From an uncultured Planctomycetota bacterium (GTDB lineage: Bacteria > Planctomycetota > PLA2 > JAEUHO01), in contig CAVVXN010000005.1 in assembly GCA_963752285.1 (NCBI GenBank), positions 64,001 through 128,000 on the forward strand: 64,000 nucleotides of DNA, given 5' to 3'. The position numbers and the translations under genes are program-made. Positions 37,663-47,124 of this stretch are shown in pieces (within the stretch, counting starts at the first letter, position 1; the number at the start of each line of letters is the position of its first letter). The notes beneath the pieces are model-generated. The model had not been told where the DNA came from. It was given only the letters and a program-made list of their open reading frames with translations, and made no database searches.

Positions 37663-39203
37663 GACGTCGCAACCCGTAGCGGCGCGGGGTAGACCACGAA
37701 CCGACAGCCGCCCTCCTCCCGGTCTCCCACCTCGATGCGTCCGCCCATCGCCTCGATCAGGCTCGACACGACGGCGAGCCCGAGTCCGGTTCCCTTTCCG
37801 GGGGCCTTCGTCGTGTAGAACGGATCGAAGATCCGGTCTCGCTGCGACGAGGGGACTCCGAGGCCCTCGTCCAAGACCTCGACGCGACACTCGGCCGCCG
37901 TCGTCGAGCACCGCACGACGATCTCGCCGCCCGGCGGGCTCGCGTCCTCCGCGTTTCGAAGCAGGTTGCTGAACACCTGCACGAAGGACTCCGAGTTGCC
38001 GTGGACCCACGGCGAGCTCTCGCAGCCCTCGAAGCGGAGCTTCAACCCGCGCTCTTCGATGTGGTGCCGAAACATGACCTCCAGGTGGCCCAGGACCAGA
38101 CGGAGGTCCACCATGCCCTGCTTCTCGTCCCCCGGCCTCGACATGGCGAGGAGCCGTTCGGTGATGCCCTTCGCGCGATAGGCTTCCGCCGCGATCGTCT
38201 GGAGGTACTCGCGCGCCTCCTTCGCGTCGAGCTCCCCCCGCCCGAGACGGCGCTCCAGACCCTCGGCCGAGCTGGCGATCGACGCGAGGGGGTTGTTGAT
38301 CTCGTGCGCCAGGCCGGCGGCGAGGACCCCGAGGTCCGCGAAGCGGGCGGCGCGGATGAAGTCCTGCGTCCGCTCGGCAAGACTCGCCTTCAGCTCGCCC
38401 TGGGTCTCTCCGATCCTCGCGGCCATGACGTTGAAGCTCGCGGCCAGCTCTCCGATCTCGTCGTGACGGACGACGGCCAGCCGGTGGCCCAGCTCGCCGC
38501 GGCCGAGCCGCTCGGCGCCGTCGCGCAGCTCGGTGATGGGCGTCGCGACGTGGCGGACGAAGTAGCGACTGATCCACACGAAACCGGCGACGGCGAGGCC
38601 GAGGGAGATCCAGAGCATCCAACGTGCGCCCTCGGCTCGGACGGTGAGGTCGGAGTCGTCGAGACCGGCCTCGTCCCGCGTCACGCGGTCGAGGACCATC
38701 GCGTAGCGGAGCGCGTCGTCCAGGTCGCCGGAGACCGACGCCCGCTCGGTCCGCTCGCCCTCGCTCGTCGTTCCGTCCGCCGCCGTCTGGGCGGTCGCGA
38801 GCGTCGTGTCGATCGAGTGCAGGTCGGTGAGGATCCGCCCGACGATCTGGTCCTCGGCGGCCTGGTGCTCGCCCCGGGAGGGGTCGCGGCCGGCGGAGCC
38901 GCCGCTGAAGTCGAGCAGGGAGCGTCGGAACCCGCGCAGCGAGGCGCGGAGCGCCACGATCTCGGGCGAGCCGCGCGCGAAGCCGTTCGGGTTGCGCGTC
39001 ACCTGCGCGTCGAGCTCGCGGATCCTCGAGCGGAGCTCGTTCGAGAGCAGCGACTCCCGCGTCTCCTCGACGAGCCGGCTCGCGTCCACCTCGATCGCGC
39101 GGAGCTCGAGCGCCGCCGTCGTCGCCGTGAGCGCCAGCAGGAGTCCGAGACAACAGAACAGGAGCCGGGTCTTGCCCTTCAGGCTGAGGAGGGGTCGTCG
39201 CAC
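37659..39203 (-). CDS. HAMP-domain sensor histidine kinase
   Basis: Two TMs flanking a periplasmic domain, HAMP (DEIGELAASFN), AHEINNPL, QVFSNLLRNA, D.G.G, FDPFYTTK..GTGLGL. Confidence 0.92.
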   Translation of the reverse strand: MRRPLLSLKGKTRLLFCCLGLLLALTATTAALELRAIEVDASRLVEETRESLLSNELRSRIRELDAQVTRNPNGFARGSPEIVALRASLRGFRRSLLDFSGGSAGRDPSRGEHQAAEDQIVGRILTDLHSIDTTLATAQTAADGTTSEGERTERASVSGDLDDALRYAMVLDRVTRDEAGLDDSDLTVRAEGARWMLWISLGLAVAGFVWISRYFVRHVATPITELRDGAERLGRGELGHRLAVVRHDEIGELAASFNVMAARIGETQGELKASLAERTQDFIRAARFADLGVLAAGLAHEINNPLASIASSAEGLERRLGRGELDAKEAREYLQTIAAEAYRAKGITERLLAMSRPGDEKQGMVDLRLVLGHLEVMFRHHIEERGLKLRFEGCESSPWVHGNSESFVQVFSNLLRNAEDASPPGGEIVVRCSTTAAECRVEVLDEGLGVPSSQRDRIFDPFYTTKAPGKGTGLGLAVVSSLIEAMGGRIEVGDREEGGCRFVVYPAPLRVATS

Positions 39204-40522
39204 GTCGAGTCGTCCCGATCGCAGGGTGGCCGAGGCCGGCAAACGGTCGCCCAGGGTATCCGCGGCCCTGGCGAGGGACCGGCGCGGCGCCGGAGCGCGG
39301 GGAGCAGGACGCGCGGTTCGAGCGCGCGAAGCGGAGAGATCGAGTCCCCCGTCACCGTCAGGAGCACGTCCATGAGGCCGGGGCGGGCGGAGAGGAGGTG
39401 GAGCACCCGGCGGGCCAGCCGCGGCCGCCGGACGCATCCTTGCAGAGCGCGCGCCATCCAGTTCCGCGGCCCGAGCTCTCGTCGGCGTGCGCGGGCGTAC
39501 GCTTCGAGAGCGCCCCGGTCTCGCCGGCCCGCGGCGAGGGCGCGGTCCAACACGGGCGCGAGCATCTGGGCGCCGCGCATCGCGAAGTAGAGCCCCTCTC
39601 CCGTCAGGGGATCGACGAAGCCGCACGCGTCGCCCACGAGGGCGGCGCCGTCGAACACCTGCTCGTGCGTGGCGGCGGCGAGGGGGCCGGTCGCGAGGAC
39701 CTCCCCGACCACCCGCGCGGACCCGAGCTTCGCCTCGAGGAGGGGCGCTTCCCGGATCCTCGCCCGCACGTAGGCGAGCCGGTCGGTGCCGCCGGTCCAG
39801 CGGTCCCGTTCGACGATGAGGTTCAGCGTCATCAGCCCGTGGTCGACCGGCGCGGCGATCAGGTAGCCGTGGTCGAGGAAGTGGACCTCGGCGAAGGGCT
39901 GCGACGGGACGCCCGCGAACCGGCAGACGAACGCGAGCTTGCGGGCGCGCGTGTCTTCGGCCCGCTGGGCGTGGAGCGCGCGGGCCACGACGCTTCGCAG
40001 GCCGTCCGCGCCGACGGTGAACGCCGCGCGAAGATCGAGCGTCGCCCCGCCGTGCGGGGAGAGCCGCACGCCCTCCACCGGCCCCGTGCCTTCGCGGAGG
40101 ATCCCGGCGACACGGCGCCCTTCGAAGAGCGTGACGCCCGGGTGCCGCGCCGCGGCGCGAAACGAGATCTCGTCCAACACCTCTCGGCGCAGCGCGAGAC
40201 CGTGGACGGAGCGACCCCCACGGAGGCTCGCGTCGAGGTAGCGCCCCCGCGCCGACCGTCCGAGACCGTGGAACTCCATGCGGGAGATCGAACAGGCGCC
40301 GGCGTCGAGGACGGGGCGGAGCAGACCCAGCTCCTCCAGCAGCCCGAGGCACGCCGGGCTCATGAACTCTCCACAGGGCTTCGGCCGGGGAAAGGTTCGC
40401 GCCTCGATCAGCGCCACCCGCCGCCCCAGGCGACCGAGGCGGAGCGCGAGGTGACTTCCGGCCGGGCCGCCGCCGACCACGGCCACGTCGTAGCGCTCGT
40501 CCGGGGGCGGGTGGGGGCTCAC
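39179..40522 (-). CDS. FAD-dependent oxidoreductase (geranylgeranyl reductase / aromatic monooxygenase-like)
   Basis: VVGGGPAGS, FPRPKPCGE, LRREVLD, VGADGLRS, LVGDACGFVDPLTGEG. Confidence 0.88.
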   Translation of the reverse strand: MSPHPPPDERYDVAVVGGGPAGSHLALRLGRLGRRVALIEARTFPRPKPCGEFMSPACLGLLEELGLLRPVLDAGACSISRMEFHGLGRSARGRYLDASLRGGRSVHGLALRREVLDEISFRAAARHPGVTLFEGRRVAGILREGTGPVEGVRLSPHGGATLDLRAAFTVGADGLRSVVARALHAQRAEDTRARKLAFVCRFAGVPSQPFAEVHFLDHGYLIAAPVDHGLMTLNLIVERDRWTGGTDRLAYVRARIREAPLLEAKLGSARVVGEVLATGPLAAATHEQVFDGAALVGDACGFVDPLTGEGLYFAMRGAQMLAPVLDRALAAGRRDRGALEAYARARRRELGPRNWMARALQGCVRRPRLARRVLHLLSARPGLMDVLLTVTGDSISPLRALEPRVLLPALRRRAGPSPGPRIPWATVCRPRPPCDRDDSTCDDPSSA

Positions 40523-42486
40523 GGGCGTGCGGTCCCGGCGGCGGGACGGAGGAGCAGCGACGGGAGGAAGAGCACGTCGGCCAGGAGCGCGACCACCATC
40601 GTGCTCGACGAGAGCACGGCGAACTCACGGCTCGACTCGAGGGACCCCACGATGCAGACGAGGAAGCCGAGCGCCTCGACGAGCGTCGTGACGAGCACGG
40701 CCCGGCCTGCGACGCGAAAGCTCCGGGCGGTGGACACGAGCCGGCTCGAGCCGCGGCGCCGCGCCTCGCGGTAGCGGTAGAGCAGGTGGATCGAGTCGTC
40801 GACCGTGAGGCCGAGGAGAACCGACCCGATCATGGCCGACCCGACGGAGAGCGGGCGCCCGACGAGCGCGAGGCCGCCGTAGAGCACGACGGCGGGGACC
40901 AGGTTCGGGATGAGCCCGAGCAGGCCGAGGCGCGCGGAGCGAAGGCCGATCGCCATCGCGAGCCACAGGAACAGGAGCGTCAACCCCATGCTCCGAAGCT
41001 GCGAGGCGACGAGGTCGTTCGAGTCCTTCGCCTCGATCACCGGCGCGCCGGCGGTCACGGCCCCGGCCCACCCGAGCGCGCGCGCGCGGGTCTCGACCCG
41101 CGAGAACAGTCGCGCGCGGTCTCCCGTACCCGAGGGGCGCAAAAGGACGCGTTGCCGCTCGAGGCCCGAAGGCGAGCGCTCGAGGGGGCCGAGGACCTGC
41201 GCGACCAACGGTTCGTCGGCAAGGGCGCGTCGGAGCTCCCGGTACGCCGTCTCCTCGCCCGCGGGGGCGGCGCCCGGGAGCAGCACGTCGAAGCTCGCGA
41301 CGCCGCCGAGCGAGCGCGCGACGCTCTCCGTCTCGCGACGGAACGGGCTGTGGTCCGGCAGGAGGCGGAGGGGCTCGGTGTCGATCGAGAGGCCGGCCCA
41401 TTCCCAGGCGAAGAACGCGACGAGGAGCGTGCTGCCCGCCACGACGACGCGCGCCCGGCGGTCGAGCCAGATCGCGAGCCCGCCGGCCAGGTGGGCCCCG
41501 GCCGCGTTCGGGAGCCGGAGCCGCGCGATGCTCGACCCGCGCGCGAAGACCCGCAGGAAGGCGGGGAGCCACAAGAGCGTCAGACCGAACGTGAGGACCA
41601 CGCCCAGGCCGGCGAGAAGACCGAACTCGCGTACCGCGGGAATGCTGTTCCACACGAGCGCGAGGAACCCCGCGACGGTGGTGCTGATCGTGAGCGCCGC
41701 GGGCCGTACGAGCTCCCGAACGGCGTTTCGGACCGCGGCGTCCGCGTCGAGGCCCCGTGCGCGGTGCTTCAAGAAGGCCTCGACCAGGTGGACGGACCCC
41801 GCCACGCCCACGGTCAGGAGCACGGGCGGGAGCAGCGAGGAGATCGGGTCGACCTGGAGGGAGAGCAGCCACTGGATGCCTCCGAGCACCAGGATGCCGA
41901 GCAACGCGGACGCCAGGATGCCGACGCCGAGGGCCACGTGGCGGTACGTGACCAGGAGCAGGAGGAACAACGCGCCGAGAAGGATCGGGACGATGTGTCC
42001 CAGCTCGTCGGCCATGGCGCTCGAGATCGCGATCTCGCCGAGAGGCTGACCGGTCGCGTCGAATCGGTAGCCCGGAGGCCGGCGCTTCCACGCGAAGTCG
42101 ACGGTGGCCTGCACGCGGTCGAAGAACCGGCCGCTCTCGTCGTTCTCGATCGTGACGACGAGGTACAGGGCCTTGGGGCTGCTCTGGGGCAGCACGCTCG
42201 CCTGCGCCACCCAGCCGAGCCCGCGGATCTCCTCCGCCCACCTCGGCACGGACGCATCGTGGATCGGATCGAGGAGGCCGCCCGGCAGGGGCTCCAACAT
42301 GAAGAGGAGGGTGCTCTCGGGACCGAACGCCTTCTCCCGGAGCTCCTCCGCCGCCGCCTGGGCGGTGTGCCGGGAGATCATGCTGCGGTTCTCGCGATCG
42401 AGCTGCAGCGACTCGAAGCCGACGCCCGCGACCCCCGCCAGGAGGACGAGGCCCAGCAGCAGCGGGATGTCCACAGCGCGTCGCAC
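40519..42486 (-). CDS. MMPL/RND-family lipid exporter
   Basis: Two TM bundles with periplasmic loops; TTVAGFLAL, PAVREFG, GLIPNLVP, GLTVDDSIH, GRAVLVTT, LADVLFLP. Start uncertain (42474/42486/42606). Confidence 0.88.
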   Translation of the reverse strand: MRRAVDIPLLLGLVLLAGVAGVGFESLQLDRENRSMISRHTAQAAAEELREKAFGPESTLLFMLEPLPGGLLDPIHDASVPRWAEEIRGLGWVAQASVLPQSSPKALYLVVTIENDESGRFFDRVQATVDFAWKRRPPGYRFDATGQPLGEIAISSAMADELGHIVPILLGALFLLLLVTYRHVALGVGILASALLGILVLGGIQWLLSLQVDPISSLLPPVLLTVGVAGSVHLVEAFLKHRARGLDADAAVRNAVRELVRPAALTISTTVAGFLALVWNSIPAVREFGLLAGLGVVLTFGLTLLWLPAFLRVFARGSSIARLRLPNAAGAHLAGGLAIWLDRRARVVVAGSTLLVAFFAWEWAGLSIDTEPLRLLPDHSPFRRETESVARSLGGVASFDVLLPGAAPAGEETAYRELRRALADEPLVAQVLGPLERSPSGLERQRVLLRPSGTGDRARLFSRVETRARALGWAGAVTAGAPVIEAKDSNDLVASQLRSMGLTLLFLWLAMAIGLRSARLGLLGLIPNLVPAVVLYGGLALVGRPLSVGSAMIGSVLLGLTVDDSIHLLYRYREARRRGSSRLVSTARSFRVAGRAVLVTTLVEALGFLVCIVGSLESSREFAVLSSSTMVVALLADVLFLPSLLLRPAAGTARP

Positions 42487-42601
42487 GAGGCCGGCGCTCC
42501 TCGCCCCGGGTACCGCAGATGTCGTGCCTCGTGACGACGCGGGGGTCGCGGCGTCGAACGGCCGTCCCCGCGGGCCTCGCCCGGCGCGTTCGGCCGCGAA
42601 G

Positions 42602-42629
42602 TACAAGAAGGCTTGAAAGTCCTACAAGG
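42602..42629 (+). promoter_or_regulatory. Candidate enhancer (UAS) for the sigma54 activator
   Basis: AT-rich island TACAAG-AAGG-CTTGAAAG-T-CCTACAAGG about 115-140 nt upstream of the predicted +1; matches the motif at 47037-47055. Confidence 0.55.
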
Positions 42630-42716
42630 GACGCGCGCCGCCGTCCCCGGGCGTGCGGATCGACGCTACGGCCATTCTCCGGACTCTGGGCGCCCCGCGC
42701 GGGGCGCCCCGCCGCG

Positions 42717-42732
42717 TGGCCCGAGCCTTGCA
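42717..42732 (+). promoter_or_regulatory. Sigma54 (-24/-12) promoter
   Basis: TGGCCCGAGCCTTGCA = GG-N10-GC with TGGC and TTGCA, 12 nt before ATG 42745. Confidence 0.75.
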
Positions 42733-42744
42733 CTCGGCCGCGCC

Positions 42745-44043
42745 ATGAACCGGAGAATCCTCACCATCGTCGGCGCCCTGTCCCTGCTGGTCTGGACCGT
42801 GGGCGGTCTGGTCGCCTGGGGGCTCACGAAGGAGGGCGTCAGCGTGACCGTGCGCGAGGGGAGCGCCCGCGACGCGGCGGACGACGGCCTTCACCTCCTC
42901 GAGGACCGCGTGGGCGCGCTCGAGAACGACCTGCGCGCGCTGGCCTCGACGCTCGAGACGAACTTCTCGGTCCTGCAGGCCAACGAGAAGCAGGACCTGG
43001 GCGCCCGCGCCGCCGAGATCGAGGCGCACGTGGAGGCGAGGCTCGGACAGAGCGTCGCCGCCCTCCAGACGTCCCTCGGCGCGGACCGCCAGGAGCGACG
43101 GGAGCAGGTCGAGGCGGCGACGGCGCGCGCCGACGAGACCGCGTCGCGCCTGCTGGCGGCGCTCCACGAGGTCGAGGCCGCCCGACGGCGGGAGACGCCT
43201 TCCGTCGTGGCGACCGCCGCGCGCGAGGCGCCCCGCGCGGACGCTCCGGCCCCCTCGGCGACCCAAGAGGCGCCGGTCGTCGCGGCTTCCCCGCCCCCTG
43301 CGGCCCTTCCGCCGCGCCCCGCCGCGACGCCGGCACCTCTTCCGCCGCCCGCCGTGGCGCCGGTCGCGGGCGCACCGGGGCCCGCGTCGCCGCCGGCCCT
43401 CGCCGCGGCGCGGTCCGCGCGGGCGCCGACGCCCGCGGCGACGCCCGCGGCGCCGGAGCCGCCTGCGCACGGCTTCCTCTCGTTCCAGCTCCCGAGCGAC
43501 GCGGTCCGGTTCGACCGGCGGCAGCGCTTCACGGTCGTCCCCTCCCTCTCGCGCGTCGGGTTCGACGGGAGCAGCACGCTGCACGGATTCACCGGCGTGA
43601 CCTCGACGCTGACCGGAACGGTGGAGGTGGACCTTTCGCACGCCGACCGCGACCCGCGGGCCGAGATCCACGTAGACGCCGCCACGCTCGACACGGGCGA
43701 GGCCTCGCGCGACGCGGAGATGCGCACGTCGCTCGGCACGGCCCAGCAGCCCGAGATGACCTTCCGTCTGCTCTCGTTCAGGCCCGAGCGCGTGGACGCC
43801 CGCGCGGAGCGGGTCGTCGGCGTCACCCACGGCCAGATGACGATCCACGGCGTGACCCGGGAGGTGGACATGCCGACCTCCCTCAGCCTCGACGCCTCGC
43901 GGCGCCTGCACGTGGACGGCGAGATGCCCCTCGACATGACGGCCTACGGCGTGACGCCGCCCAGCAAGCTCGGCGTGATCAACGTGGACCGCATGGTCAA
44001 GGTATGGATCCGCCTCCGGGCCCGGATCCAGGCGGGGTCGTAG
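42745..44043 (+). CDS. Membrane-anchored coiled-coil + YceI (lipid-binding) domain protein
   Basis: N-terminal TM, coiled coil, Pro/Ala linker, YceI motifs SRVGF..STLHGFTG, LDTGEASRD..MR, GQMTIHGVTR, YGVTPPS. Confidence 0.85.
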   Translation: MNRRILTIVGALSLLVWTVGGLVAWGLTKEGVSVTVREGSARDAADDGLHLLEDRVGALENDLRALASTLETNFSVLQANEKQDLGARAAEIEAHVEARLGQSVAALQTSLGADRQERREQVEAATARADETASRLLAALHEVEAARRRETPSVVATAAREAPRADAPAPSATQEAPVVAASPPPAALPPRPAATPAPLPPPAVAPVAGAPGPASPPALAAARSARAPTPAATPAAPEPPAHGFLSFQLPSDAVRFDRRQRFTVVPSLSRVGFDGSSTLHGFTGVTSTLTGTVEVDLSHADRDPRAEIHVDAATLDTGEASRDAEMRTSLGTAQQPEMTFRLLSFRPERVDARAERVVGVTHGQMTIHGVTREVDMPTSLSLDASRRLHVDGEMPLDMTAYGVTPPSKLGVINVDRMVKVWIRLRARIQAGS

Positions 44044-44045
44044 CG

Positions 44046-44507
44046 ATGCTCCGTGCCGTGTCCGTGACCCGTGGGCCTCGGCGTCGCGGATTCGCCGGCG
44101 TGCTGGTGCTCGCCCTCTCGTCGGCGCTCTTTGCCTGCGCATCCGCCTCGCCCCTCGCGCCCGCGGCGCGCGCGGTCGAGACGACCGCCGCCAACGTGCG
44201 CTGGCAGCCGGCCCACGCGACGAGCATTCCCGGTACCTACCGGTCGGAGACGATCGAGGGCGCGGCGGCGCCCTCGGTGATCGGGCTCTACTACCACTTC
44301 GAAGCCGACCGCTCGTACGCCGCCGCAGCCCTCCTGGCTTCGCATCCCCCGGCCTTCCAGGTCCGAAACGGCACGTGGAGCCTCGACCAGGGCAAGCTGT
44401 CGCTCGGGGACGGCTCGGAGCCGGCCGTGATCGAGGAGGCGGAGGGGCGCCTGCGTCTCACGACGAGCCAGGGCCGCGTCGTGCTCCATCGCGACGAGAT
44501 CCGCTGA
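44046..44507 (+). CDS. Small lipoprotein (possible lipocalin-like beta barrel)
   Basis: Lipobox LFAC; beta-rich IPGTY..YHFEADRSY..GTWSL..LRL..VVLHR; TGATG-coupled to the PKS. Confidence 0.7.
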   Translation: MLRAVSVTRGPRRRGFAGVLVLALSSALFACASASPLAPAARAVETTAANVRWQPAHATSIPGTYRSETIEGAAAPSVIGLYYHFEADRSYAAAALLASHPPAFQVRNGTWSLDQGKLSLGDGSEPAVIEEAEGRLRLTTSQGRVVLHRDEIR

Positions 44508-45568
44508 TGCGCATCGCCGCGGTGGGGACGGCGCTGCCGTCGAACGCCTACTCCCAGGAGGAGATCTTCGGCGCGCTCTCGGCCATCTGGCATCGGAGCG
44601 CGACGTTCAACTCGCGCGCGCGATCGCTCTTCGAGAACGTGCGCGTGCGTCGGCGTCACCTGGCGAGACCGCTCGAGTCGTACCTGCGGCGCTCCCGGTT
44701 CGGCGACACGAACGACCGCTGGATCGAGGACTCCCTGGACCTCGGCGAGCGGGCCATCTCGGACGCGCTGACCCGCGCCGGGCTGGGTCCGAAGGACGTG
44801 GACGCGCTGTTCGTCACCTCGGTCACCGGCATCTGCTCGCCGTCCCTGGACGCGCGCCTGTTCAACCGCATGGGGCTCCGGCCCGACCTGAAGCGGCTGC
44901 CTCTGTTCGGCCTGGGCTGCGTGGCCGGCGTGTCGGGTCTCGCGCGGGCCGCGGAGTACGTACGTGCGTTCCCCGACCAGGTCGCGGTCCTCCTCTCTGT
45001 CGAGCTCTGCTCCCTGACCTTCCAGTACGAGGACCTCTCCGTCGCCAACCTCATCGCGACGGGGCTCTTCGGGGACGGCGCCGCCGCGGTCGTCGTGGTG
45101 GGCGCGGACCGCGCGCAAACCCTCGCCTGCGAGGGGCCGAGCGTCGTAGACTCGCGCTCCAACATCTACCCCGACACCGAGGACGTCATGGGGTGGCACG
45201 TGAGCGAGCAGGGCTTCGAGCTCGTTCTGAGCGAAGGCGTCCCGCGGATGGCGCGGGAGGGACTCGGCCCCGACGTGGACCGCTTCCTCCGCGAGCGGGG
45301 CCTCGGGCGAAGCGACATCGACCACTGGGTCTGCCACCCGGGCGGTCCGGCCGTCCTCGCCGCGGTGCAGGAGGCGCTGGGCCTCGGCGACGAGCAGGTC
45401 GAAGCCTCGTGGCACGTGTTGGCGGAGCAGGGGAACCTCTCGTCCGTGTCCGTCCTCATGGTGCTGAGGCGCACCCTGGACGCGTGCCGCCCGGTCGCCG
45501 GGAGCCGCGGCCTCTTGCTCGCGATGGGGCCCGCCTTCTGCTCCGAGATCGTGCTCGTGAGGTGGTAG
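44507..45568 (+). CDS. Type III polyketide synthase (SrsA/alkylresorcinol-synthase-like)
   Basis: Catalytic triad GLGCVAG (Cys), CHPGG (His), GNLSS (Asn); ELCSLT; LFGDGAAA; MGPAFCSE. Confidence 0.93.
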   Translation: MRIAAVGTALPSNAYSQEEIFGALSAIWHRSATFNSRARSLFENVRVRRRHLARPLESYLRRSRFGDTNDRWIEDSLDLGERAISDALTRAGLGPKDVDALFVTSVTGICSPSLDARLFNRMGLRPDLKRLPLFGLGCVAGVSGLARAAEYVRAFPDQVAVLLSVELCSLTFQYEDLSVANLIATGLFGDGAAAVVVVGADRAQTLACEGPSVVDSRSNIYPDTEDVMGWHVSEQGFELVLSEGVPRMAREGLGPDVDRFLRERGLGRSDIDHWVCHPGGPAVLAAVQEALGLGDEQVEASWHVLAEQGNLSSVSVLMVLRRTLDACRPVAGSRGLLLAMGPAFCSEIVLVRW

Positions 45569-45589
45569 CGCCGCCCCGAGCCGCGAGGC

Positions 45590-46948
45590 TCACAGCCCCA
45601 TCACGGACCGCGCGATCTTCAGGCCCTCGAGGAAGCCGCCGCCCGAGTGGAACGCCCGCAAGGTCGCCTCGAGGGCGTCCACGAACCGATCCACGTCTTC
45701 CTCGGTCGCCGTGAGCGGGGGGCAGGCCTTGAGCACCATGTGGTTGTTGCCGCTCACCTGGGTGAGAACCCCGTTCTTGAACATCGTCCGGACGAGCATC
45801 TGCCCGAACAGGCCCGGATGGGCCATGCGGAACGTGTGATAGAGCATCTTGAGCTTCAGTGAGCGCGGCGGGCGGAACTCGATCCCGTTCATCAGGCCGA
45901 GACCGCGTACCTCCGCGAGCATCTCGTACGAGGGCGCGAGCGCGCGCACCCTCGCGCGCAGGATCTCGCCCAGCTCGACGGCGCGGTTCGCGAGGCCGTC
46001 GCGCTCGATGATGTCGAGGGTCGTGAGGGCTGCGCGCATCGACAGCGCGTTCTCGCCGAACGTGGAGGAGTTGACGAACGCGCGGTCCAACGAGTGGTGG
46101 ACCGAGTCCTCGATGTCCTCCGTCATGAGCACGGCGCCGACCGGCATCACGCCGCCGCTGAGCGCCTTGGCGAGGATCACCATGTCCGGCTCGATCCCCA
46201 GCTGCGCGGAGGCGAGAAACGTTCCGGTCCGGAAGACGCCCGTCTGGACCTCGTCCACCACGAACAGCGTCCCGTACCGCCGGCAGAGCTCCTGCGCGCG
46301 GACGAGCGTCTCGGGCGGGACCAGCTTGACGCCGCTCTCGCCCTGGATGGGCTCCGTGACGAAGGCCGCGTACGAGCGCGTCGAGAGGTGCTTCTCCAGC
46401 TCCGCGAGGTCGAGGAACGGCACGTCCTGCGTGTCGGGGAGGAACGGCCCGAACCCCGCCGCCCAGTCGGTGTGCTGCATGAGCGACATCGCGCCGCAGC
46501 TGATGCCGTGGAAGGCGCCCTGGCTGTAGAGGATCCCGCTGCGCTTCGTGTGCAGCCGCGCGTACTTGATCGCGGTCTCGACCCCCTCGCTCCCGGTGTT
46601 CGCGAACCAGACGCGCCTCAGTCGGCCGCCGGCGAGGTCCACGAGGCGTTGGGCGAGCCGTCCGGCCAGGCCGGGCACGTGGCTCTGCACGATCACCGGG
46701 CCCCGCCGGTCGAGCTCCTCGTGGAGCGCGCGGAGCACGTCCGGGTGGTTGTGTCCCACGTTGTGGACGCAGTACCCCGACAGGAAGTCGGTGTAGCAGT
46801 CGCCGCCTTCGACCCAGAGCTTCGTTCCCTCGCACCGGGTGTACGACACGTTCATCCCCAGCGAGTCCATGAGTCGGACCCACTGCCGGTTCACGTGCTC
46901 GGCGTAGAGCGCCGTGTCGGACATGGTCTCGGGGGCGCTGGTGGGCAT
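45590..46948 (-). CDS. Class III PLP aminotransferase, HpnO-like
   Basis: HVN..WVR..LG, DFLSGYCVHNVGHNHP, NTGSEGVE, FHG, EPIQGESG, DEVQTG..RTG, AKALSGG, STFGEN. Confidence 0.9.
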   Translation of the reverse strand: MPTSAPETMSDTALYAEHVNRQWVRLMDSLGMNVSYTRCEGTKLWVEGGDCYTDFLSGYCVHNVGHNHPDVLRALHEELDRRGPVIVQSHVPGLAGRLAQRLVDLAGGRLRRVWFANTGSEGVETAIKYARLHTKRSGILYSQGAFHGISCGAMSLMQHTDWAAGFGPFLPDTQDVPFLDLAELEKHLSTRSYAAFVTEPIQGESGVKLVPPETLVRAQELCRRYGTLFVVDEVQTGVFRTGTFLASAQLGIEPDMVILAKALSGGVMPVGAVLMTEDIEDSVHHSLDRAFVNSSTFGENALSMRAALTTLDIIERDGLANRAVELGEILRARVRALAPSYEMLAEVRGLGLMNGIEFRPPRSLKLKMLYHTFRMAHPGLFGQMLVRTMFKNGVLTQVSGNNHMVLKACPPLTATEEDVDRFVDALEATLRAFHSGGGFLEGLKIARSVMGL

Positions 46949-46959
46949 GGAGCGGCCCG

Positions 46960-46975
46960 AGCACACGCCATGCCA
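46960..46975 (-). promoter_or_regulatory. Sigma54 (-24/-12) promoter
   Basis: Minus strand TGGCATGGCGTGTGCT = GG-N10-GC, 11 nt before ATG 46948. Confidence 0.65.
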
Positions 46976-47036
46976 TCCTCGTCGCCGCCCCGCGGGCGCC
47001 ACGGATCGCCGTCCCTCGGGCCGCGCCGCGGACCTT

Positions 47037-47055
47037 CTTTCAAGATCCTTGTAGG
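47037..47055 (-). promoter_or_regulatory. Candidate enhancer (UAS), second copy
   Basis: Minus strand CCTACAAG-GAT-CTTGAAAG about 90-105 nt upstream of the predicted +1. Confidence 0.55.
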
Positions 47056-47124
47056 AATGACAGCGGGGCGCGACCGTCGGCGATTCGGGGGCGACCGCCC
47101 CCAAACCCCGGCCAGGCGGCGCCC

